A stretch of 53,063 nt of DNA, filler included, from Corallochytrium limacisporum Hawaii (Eukaryota; Protista; Pluriformea): the NCBI GenBank assembly GCA_002811645.1. It is 2 parts of 2 records of this genome, joined end to end, with 100 filler letters (N's around TTAATTAATTAA, not from the genome) between each part and the next. Parts side by side here need not be neighbours in the genome. Positions count along the whole stretch, not along the records: positions 26,440 to 53,063 come from PDIP01000111.1; 1 more part is not named here. One strand, given 5' to 3'. Below the pieces are notes generated by a model. That model was not told the origin of the DNA. It was given only the letters and a program-made list of their open reading frames with translations, and searched no databases. Position 1 is the stretch's first letter, and each line of letters opens with the position of its first letter. Below, piece after piece: positions 46,201 to 53,063 of this stretch. Position numbers and translations under genes: made by a program.

Positions 46201-46467
46201 AGTTTTCCATAGTTTCTGTGGATTTCCACGACTCTTGAGTCGCTTGACGAAATATGACGGCGTCTTCTCTCCTTCCTTGGCTGCGGACGCCAAATGGGCC
46301 TGAACCATAGCCCACTGTGTTTCCTTGGGCATCAGGCGCATGGCTTGACGCTTGTCGGAGGGAATGTTCGTCTCATCCATCATCTTCTCGAACATGGCCT
46401 CAATGGCCTTTGTTGACATGCCTGCAGCATCACTGCCGGGCACGCCTTTACCTCCGGGAGTTGCCAT
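43267..46467 (-). CDS. DIAPH1: Diaphanous-related formin (GBD/FH3, FH1, FH2, DAD)
   Basis: GBD/DID region, polyproline FH1, FH2 (MKRVNWAKI...LLIGNYMN...GFKL), DAD motif GVMDDLIASLRSGSAF; first ATG at 46467. Confidence 0.94.
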   Translation of the reverse strand: MATPGGKGVPGSDAAGMSTKAIEAMFEKMMDETNIPSDKRQAMRLMPKETQWAMVQAHLASAAKEGEKTPSYFVKRLKSRGNPQKLWKTLEALRVSLNSQAVTWVVQFKEAGGLNAVLDVVREVNNHPERGRYDEAILDECVRSMKAFMNNKPGLLEVLNHRDAMIVLASTLENAGLKTMVDVLELLGGVSLVPPNGHALALEALSVQLPVTLVEERFRTLIEILQLFNTSALNIQLKVACMQFINALVNSPPEVDFRVHLRNEFMNLGLGEIIQELSTVDNESLKVQIDVFLDHVESDSLEILDRLGDIKAELSNPDDCYMLLRNQLKGSRAERFFLSAMQHMLLIREEYHARHRYFQLIDRVIQQIVLQRNGYDPDFTGPLELEIGEAITGVQQEDVVVDLQARLEEAEKLIELERKSKLDNELAFQKEMEKIEAKMGGGAGGAPNAQQAEEIEILKSALMSGNKKMYEDWKAKQAAAPAAPPPPGGAPPPPPPPPGMAGAPPPPPPPPGSAPPPPPPPPGGAPPPPPPPPGGGPPPPPPGMGGGPPPPPPPPGGGPPPPPGAPGLRPVGGGPQKKKYFPKIQMKRVNWAKIPAPKVKDSFWEKVKEDEHEEHVNLTDLEHKFGAKAVKKLGGGGGMEDGEAKPVEKKPTEISVIDPKKAYNLAIQLGRLKMDVGDIADKVFKMDLAFLTDNIVDAFLKYAPTPEESMSLKEFVDTPQKLALADQYLLKCTQIPRYEQRLRCLEFKHKFENTIGDLLPDVQALLQACDEIKKSKKVSTTLELVLLIGNYMNSGSRNAQAVGFKLDFLTKIGNTKTTDNKLTLTHYLAEIVENNYQDILKWKEDLLSVEAATRASAQTLQQEFTDLKRGAAMLESELQLDAYGKNPGDGFKGQMGDFLDKCKPKIGDVETLLNAMAKRHREAVTWFGEDPKAMAPEDFAKLFWDFFSSIDNCIEENKKIREQREREERRKRELREKELRSQQAAGNAAIDLSAEGDQKGVMDDLIASLRSGSAFGHAQRRKGPGGDDAGGPGGKANSNVRVRAKRGGPSIGKSGDEDLAAMLVSG

Positions 46468-47425
46468 GATTGGCAAACTCCTTGTTTCAATTTATCTAAA
46501 AAGTCTTCCCTCTCTTTTGCCGCAGACAAGATTTGCAAACCTTTTGTGTCTGCTTTTACATCACGTCCGTATCCCGCAGACACGATAGACACACTATGTT
46601 TACACACACTACGACACACTCTTACACAAAACTTACTACAAATTACTTCACTCTACCTGAACCTATGGTATTCTTAAAGGTTTAACTACCAATCTAGTAT
46701 GATTGGGCACCGGCATTTACAGTGTGTGGCACGTATGTCTTAGTCTCGCTCTTTCTCCCTAGAGCACACAGAACACAACCATTAATAAAACATCGAAACA
46801 TGAGCACTCCAATCACACACAGACACACACCGACACATAAGTCGATCGTCTGCGCAGCCACACACCACCACTCAGGACACTCATTTTCGAAATTTGCAAA
46901 AAAGTTTTTGGGTCCGGCCAACGCTGCCCAACACAGCGCGCCCGTCAGGACGACACGCCCCGTACCTACGCGCGCGCCCCCCCCTCCCCACCACCACCAC
47001 ACCATTCCCTCTCCCCCCCCCTCTTTTTTTTTGGTTGAGTTCGCGGCTTTTGAGACCTGTTACCCTGTTCTTTTTGCCATACCACCGCAAAATAAACGGG
47101 AAGAACGAAGGATTTAATTCAAACCCATCCCCCCCCCGGCGGCGCGGCGCCCAGGGGGAGTGCCTCACACAGAGGGGTGGGTGTTGGTGGACTTTTTGCC
47201 TGCTGATTTTTTTTTTTGCACCCAATTTCATTTCTTCAAGTCACACGCACTCAACCATCTCTTGCTCTCTGCTTCCCCTCCCCTCCCCCCTCTTCTCGTT
47301 TTCTTCATTTTTTTAATTTTCATATTTATACATTTTATCGTTGGGTGCTATTCGCATTTTTTTCTTTTAATATTTGCCAGGGGGGAAATTGGACTCCGTC
47401 GCGACCGTCCGTACTCCCTCCCCCT

Positions 47426-47936
47426 CCCTCCCTCGCTTCCTCTCTCTCTCTCTTCAACACTTTCCTTCCTTCCCCCCCCTCCCCCCCCCGGTCTGCACCT
47501 GCTGCGAGGAGGAGCGGTGGTCAGCAGGGGCAGTTGTCAAGGGACCCCCGGGACACCTCCCAACCTGGCCCCCCCCCCTCCTCCTCCAACAGCACCACCA
47601 GCAGCAGCACAGCGGAAAGACGGGAAGGGCGGGCCCGGCTTTTTTTCACTATTTAGAGCCGTTGGCACTTGCCGTCTTTAACACCACTACCACAAAGTCT
47701 ACCGCGGGAAGTTTTTGCCCCTCCGTCCCCTCCCCCCCCCCTCCCGGGGCCTCCTGCTTTTGTGACGGAGACAGCGGAAGCAAGCAAAGAAAAAAAGAAA
47801 GGAAGAAAAAAGAAAGGAAGAGAAAAGGTCTAACCCCCCCCCCCCCCCCTCCCTCGCTTCCTCTCTCTCTCTCTTCAACACTTTCCTTCCTTCCCCCCCC
47901 TCCCCCCCCCGGTCTGCACCTGCTGCGAGGAGGAGC
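47426..47936 (+). repeat. Direct repeat of about 90 bp (47426-47515 and 47847-47936); second copy abuts a gap
   Basis: Identical ccctccctcgcttcc...ggtctgcacctgctgcgaggaggagc copies. Confidence 0.85.
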
Positions 47937-48068
47937 NNNNNNNNNNNNNNNNNNNNNNNNNNNNNNNNNNNNNNNNNNNNNNNNNNNNNNNNNNNNNNNN
48001 NNNNNNNNNNNNNNNNNNNNNNNNNNNNNNNNNNNNNNNNNNNNNNNNNNNNNNNNNNNNNNNNNNNN
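47937..48068. other. Assembly gap
   Basis: Run of N. Confidence 0.99.
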
Positions 48069-49319
48069 CCCCCTCCCTTCTCTTGCAGGGTAACAGAAGC
48101 GCGCCCGCGCTCGCGCGCGTCTCTCTCCTGAAACGTGTCCTGCCCCCTTCTTTTTCCCTTTGTCCTTTTTATTTTCCAAGGCCAGTTTGTCTGTTTTTTT
48201 TTCTTTTCTTTTCTTTTGGTTTACTTTCTTGCTCTCGTCTCTGCCAAAGTTTCTCTTTTGTCCCCGTGCTCCGGTCACTCAGCGCAACCACCGGTCGGGC
48301 GGTGTGGCAGGATTCCTTTTTTACTTTTCTTGCTTGGGTTCTTGCCAGCTCCGGGTGGAGGGCAAATTCTTCTCGCGGTTCTTTTCCGAACATTCACTAT
48401 AGAAACCATCCCCGGCTCCTCTCGACCAACCAAAAGAAAAGACGAGAACGGGAGAAAGCAGACTCCCCCCTCCCCCCTCTGACCGGTGGGAATTCGCCAT
48501 CCCTTCTCAACAAAGCGCCAGTGGCTTTGGGAAAAGGGCAGAAAGGCTAGCTGCGTCTCTCCACTGTTAATATATGATAAACCTAACCCCCTCCCCACTT
48601 TCCAACCCCTTGGAGAACAGTTCCTTCTCACTCTCTTCCTCGGTCCTTCCTTTCTGCTGCTAAATAAAAGGAATCCAAGCATGGCGTCGTGGCTGGCTGC
48701 GGCGCAGGGTCGGAAATAAATATACCAATCATAGCAAGATGAATAAATATGTTTAGTATGGGATAGTGGGAGATAGGTCCGCAGGAGACCTATCAGTCTG
48801 GATCACTTGCGCCAGTATCTTCGGAAAACACCCAGCTACCTCGGGTCCCCCCCCCAACCCTGCCCCCCGCTTTCCTTAGTTGCGAAATAAAGCCCTCTGA
48901 TTGGCTAAGCGGTTACACGGTCCCCCTCTCTACCGCCGTCAGGGCTGCCTCTCTCTCTTTGTCCCCCCGCTTCCCCCCCCTGGGCCCGGGGCTCCGGGAC
49001 TTAATTTAATTTAATGACTCTAGTTAGGTTATTCAGCTTAATCCACCGGCGACATTGGCGCCGAGTCCCAAAAAGAAGTCGCTGCCGGGGCGCGTCAGCG
49101 GGGTGTCTGTCCCCGATTTAGCGCATTATTTTGAGCGATTTGCGACCTTCCGTTAACATAATGTGCTTTCTTCTGGCTGGTATTTGATGACTGCATGATG
49201 TTGTATTTATAACAGAGATAGCGACAGGGCATGACATTGCAATGCCTGGCAAGACTCGGGCCAATGTGGTTGTATGGGATGGCTGATGCTGTGAACTGTT
49301 AGGCAGGTTTGCGGTTGAG

Positions 49320-50828
49320 ATGCCAGCGCGGTTTGAGTCTCCATTGATACTAAAGAAGAAGTTGGATGCGAAAGCATCCGGCGCGGAAAGAACTAAAGAA
49401 ATGGCCACTGACACTCACACTCAAAAAAGGCCTGAGGACCTTAGGTCGTGGCCGAAGGACAGGGACCACGTCGCGAGTATGCTTAGCAGTATGCTCCCGG
49501 AGGGCTACAGCAGGGACGAACAGATGAAGTGGTGGCAGAAGATTCTGCTAGAGATATCCTTACAGCCCACTGCAGGAATGGGTTCTCGGCCGGGCGTCAC
49601 TGTAAGGGACTTGAAGGCATTCTTGTCAAAGAACGAACACCGCATCGCACCCCATGTGCTTAAGGAAGTTGTGGAACATATGATGAGTGAAGGGATTCTC
49701 CGGCGACGCGTTGATGTTGTGAGACAGCTGAAACAGGATTCAGAACGAAAGCATAGTCCCTCCTCCATAGGGACGAGTATTGCGAACACACTGGTTGGTG
49801 CACTGACGGGAATGCTGGGTAGTATGTCGCTGATGTCATCATCGACCAGTGTTGCTGATGATGAGATCCTAGTGGTGATGGAGAGCTTAGAGGGTATGGG
49901 AGAAGTGCTAGTGGAGGCGGCACCTGAGTTCGCAGAGGATCAGGGGCGACATTTACGGACAGGATCATATCTCTTAAACCACAACGAAATTGAGAGCTTG
50001 ATGCCCAATGGAATAGACAAAGAATTGCTGCAGGCACAGATTGCAACGGCAAAGAATGTATGGTGCGAGACGCTGGAGCAGGAGCATGGAGACCCTCTCA
50101 CAGTGTACAAATGGATCACACCGCCCACGAAGCAGAGCGTACCGCTCACCAACGCAGAAAAAGCCTTCATGCGCCTCCTGCATGTTGCAGACAAGCAGAC
50201 ACAAAGAATTGATCTGCTGGAAGAGAAGAAGCAGGTGCTGATCTCCGATCCTAAGTTCCACGAATTGAAGGTCAAATACCAGAGGAAACAACTGAACGAG
50301 AGCGGCATGCGCATCTTGAAGGGCACGCTAAAGCGCCTTAAGCGGTTGAGTAGCCAACAGTGGCAGTACATCCAGGCCAGGGACCGATGTGAAGATATTC
50401 TGGCTGCCATTGAACAGGCCCACTCTGACAAGGAAATGCTGGATGCCTATAAGGTCGGTGAGCGGGGCTTAAGGTCGTTCATCGATGAACAAGGACTCAC
50501 AGTGGAAGCCGTGGACGATGCTGTGGTAATGTTGGAGGAAGCACTGCAGGATGTGCGGGATGTGAACAATGCGCTTGCTCAAGGACCCCAACTTTCGGAA
50601 GATTTTGATGATGAAGAGTTGGATGCAGAATTGGACAGATTAGCGGATGAAGCCGAACGAGAGTATGCGGAGAAACAGTCTACTGCTGCAGCTGCAGCCA
50701 CCAAATCTGGCATGACGGAGACGCAGGAAACGTACGAGACCGCCCCGTCTCCGTCCCAGCCCAGCCCAGAGGCGGATGAACGGAAAGAACAGCAGGAGGC
50801 AACCCCACGTGTGCTAGAGTACGCCTAG
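49320..50828 (+). CDS. CHMP7: ESCRT-II/III hybrid protein CHMP7
   Basis: 502 aa; N-terminal winged-helix-like region (MKWWQKIL) and C-terminal Snf7 domain (ILAAIEQAHSDKEMLDAYKVG...DDEELDAELDRL); alternative start ATG 49401 has better context. Confidence 0.8.
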   Translation: MPARFESPLILKKKLDAKASGAERTKEMATDTHTQKRPEDLRSWPKDRDHVASMLSSMLPEGYSRDEQMKWWQKILLEISLQPTAGMGSRPGVTVRDLKAFLSKNEHRIAPHVLKEVVEHMMSEGILRRRVDVVRQLKQDSERKHSPSSIGTSIANTLVGALTGMLGSMSLMSSSTSVADDEILVVMESLEGMGEVLVEAAPEFAEDQGRHLRTGSYLLNHNEIESLMPNGIDKELLQAQIATAKNVWCETLEQEHGDPLTVYKWITPPTKQSVPLTNAEKAFMRLLHVADKQTQRIDLLEEKKQVLISDPKFHELKVKYQRKQLNESGMRILKGTLKRLKRLSSQQWQYIQARDRCEDILAAIEQAHSDKEMLDAYKVGERGLRSFIDEQGLTVEAVDDAVVMLEEALQDVRDVNNALAQGPQLSEDFDDEELDAELDRLADEAEREYAEKQSTAAAAATKSGMTETQETYETAPSPSQPSPEADERKEQQEATPRVLEYA

Positions 50829-50919
50829 ACCGCACTTTCAATCACTATAAGCCACATGCATTGCGTAGCTTGTACAGTTCATTGTACTGTGTAAGAGACC
50901 ATTTTAGAAGTTTAATCAT

Positions 50920-52428
50920 CTACTGCTTTCCCAATAATTCTTTAAGCTTGGCGACCAGTTCTGCACGCTGGACTTCAGTCTCAGTCTTCTCCTCAGCCTG
51001 CATGTCACGGACCTTGACGATGCCCTTCTCCAGCTCATCGGTGGCCACAATGACGGCGTAGGGGATGCCCTTCTGTTCACAGTACTGGAACTGGTTCAGG
51101 AACTTTGGGTTGTCCTTGTATGACATTTCGGTTTTGATCCCAGCATCCCAGAGCAAGCTGCATACCTTCATGCGCTCCACAGTCAGACCCTTCTGTCCAC
51201 TGATTACCATAACCTCAGTGTGTGTAGTGCGGTTGACCTTGTTGGATTTCTTCTTCTCACGCTCCTCGATGATACTAAATATCCGCTCGATGCCAATGGA
51301 CACACCAACACAAGGGACTTTCTTGCCGCCTTTCGCGAACATGCCAACCAGGCCGTCGTAGCGGCCACCACCGGCCACACTGCCGACATGGGCACCGTTG
51401 AGGACTGCCTCGTAAATGATGCCAGTGTAGTAGTCCAGACCACGAGCCAGCGATAGATCAAATGAAGTGACCTTTTCGCAGTTGAAGGCCTCAAGGAAGT
51501 CCCAGAGTTTAGCCATGCTCTCGACACCTTCCTTGGCTCGAGCGTTGCCCATGATCTCTGCATCGTTCTTCAGCTTCTCTATCAGATCACGACCTCCAGC
51601 CTGCTGCACAATGGAACCAATTTTGTCCGCACTGGCCTCGTCAAGACCCTTCTCCTCAGTCATCTCCTTCTTCACATCTTCCCAGCTCATCTTGTCCAGT
51701 TTGTCGACCGCGCTGCAGATAGGACGGAATTTCTCCTCCGGTACACCGCAAACTTCAAAAATACCATCAAGCAGTGCACGATGGTTGACCTTAATGGTGA
51801 AGTCACCAAGGTCCAGGGCACCTAGAATCTCGCTCACAATACGTACGCATTCCGCATCCGGAACCATCGGAGCATACTCGCCAGCCACATCGTAGTCGCA
51901 TTGGTAGAACTCTCGGTACCTACCACGGTTCATGGCGGGCTGGTCACGACGATACACCCGGGCAATATGATACCTCTTGATCTGCTGCACTTTGTTCATT
52001 GCCACATAACGGGCGAACGGAACGGTCAAATCGTAACGCAGACTCAGCATCTCGCCACCTTGGTCAGCAAGGTCGTAGATTAGCTTGGAATCCTCACCGT
52101 ACTTACCCGTCAGAGTTTCCTTCAGCTCGAACACAGGGGTCTCGATGGTCTCAGCACCGTGTCGCTTAAAGCAGGCCTTGATGGTGTCAAAGACGTGCTC
52201 GCGGATGGCCATCTGAAAGGGATCGTAGTCACGGGTACCTTTGGGCACCTTAAGACCTGCACCACCTTTCTTCTTCTTTTGCGGTCCCGGTCCGACGAGA
52301 TTTAGCTGTTTGAACAAGTCAGCCACCTCATTACTTTCATCCTCATTCATCTGTCCCCATTTCGGGATCAGTTCCATCATGCGAGTGGTCAGAGGAGCCA
52401 CTCCTCCATTGGTATCACCGTCCGTCAT
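50920..52428 (-). CDS. HARS1: Histidine--tRNA ligase
   Basis: 502 aa; [47 protein letters not shown], anticodon-binding C-terminus. Confidence 0.98.
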   Translation of the reverse strand: MTDGDTNGGVAPLTTRMMELIPKWGQMNEDESNEVADLFKQLNLVGPGPQKKKKGGAGLKVPKGTRDYDPFQMAIREHVFDTIKACFKRHGAETIETPVFELKETLTGKYGEDSKLIYDLADQGGEMLSLRYDLTVPFARYVAMNKVQQIKRYHIARVYRRDQPAMNRGRYREFYQCDYDVAGEYAPMVPDAECVRIVSEILGALDLGDFTIKVNHRALLDGIFEVCGVPEEKFRPICSAVDKLDKMSWEDVKKEMTEEKGLDEASADKIGSIVQQAGGRDLIEKLKNDAEIMGNARAKEGVESMAKLWDFLEAFNCEKVTSFDLSLARGLDYYTGIIYEAVLNGAHVGSVAGGGRYDGLVGMFAKGGKKVPCVGVSIGIERIFSIIEEREKKKSNKVNRTTHTEVMVISGQKGLTVERMKVCSLLWDAGIKTEMSYKDNPKFLNQFQYCEQKGIPYAVIVATDELEKGIVKVRDMQAEEKTETEVQRAELVAKLKELLGKQ

Positions 52429-53063
52429 GGTTTACTAAGCACCGGATTGTTGTGTACAGCCCAATATTACTGGGAAAGTTGAGCGCGTCAAGGATGTGTT
52501 GGTCTGTCTCGAGTATCTGACATACCTGCTCTGTTTTAGGGCGCACATAATGTACAAAAGAAAACTATAAAAGAAGCGGAAGGAGCCCAAAGTCACGGGC
52601 CGGTCGCCTATATCCCACTTTGTCAGCAACTCCACTCGGCAGTTCCACACTGACAATTCGCAAAATCAACGCACCTCCCCAGCGAGTCATGTGGGGAGAG
52701 AGGAAGGGGGGACGACGAGCCGGGGGAAAATGGGAGAGGGGATCGCAAATCGTATTTCCCATCAGGGTAATTTCAAAGTGTCCAATGTAAAGTATATAAA
52801 ATAAACTCCCCGCGGATATTAATTCAATTTAATGATTATTATGGGTGATAGGGCATTCAGTTTAATAATTGCGAAGAAATTTTCTTCAGAGCACACCCAC
52901 CCCCCCCCCTTTTCACTCACTCTTTGTCCGTCGGGTTGGTCGGTACGGGTATGTTGCGGGCAATAAATTTTTTACTATCCTCTGAGTTGAATGTATACTC
53001 CGTATCCAACCAAAATTTTCGTTCGAAAATATATACCGGATCGTGATTTATATGATTATTTAT

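Noticed and set aside
46495-46636. Possible 5' UTR intron of the formin gene (GTAAGT...TTTTTAG on the - strand)
   Set aside because: No branch-point motif and no way to verify from sequence alone
47847-47936. About 90 bp duplication as a mobile element or LTR
   Set aside because: Identical low-complexity copy ending exactly at a gap; most likely an assembly artefact
49184-49290. TGATGA...CTGA pair and ACAGAGA upstream of CHMP7
   Set aside because: No recognisable rRNA antisense guide, weak terminal stem, no other U6 features

Overview
Eukaryotic nuclear DNA with 16 intact, apparently intronless protein-coding genes: UDP-glucose pyrophosphorylase, AP-3 mu, CCT4, classical dynamin (PH+PRD), calcineurin B, C12orf4/FERRY3, CCDC103, RPS20, an SLC35F-type transporter, an orphan ORF, a GDSL esterase, phosducin-like protein, an Aur1/PAP2-type membrane enzyme, an exostosin GT47 protein, a Diaphanous formin, CHMP7 and HisRS (17 counting the orphan). 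There is also a stop-interrupted SPAG6/PF16 remnant. Classical dynamin plus no introns suggests an intron-poor unicellular holozoan (Corallochytrium-like; inference only). Intergenic DNA alternates between ordinary sequence and homopolymer/microsatellite islands with recurrent CnGn palindromes. The most unusual element is a ~460 nt AU-rich, densely base-pairing region just upstream of RPS20. Its G-U wobbles all favour a + strand RNA, and it has loop-loop complementarities and spliceosomal-like signals (GTATGC / TACTAAC / AAG). There are three assembly gaps, one an artificial 100-nt spacer. Protein identifications are by recognition of motifs, not database searches.
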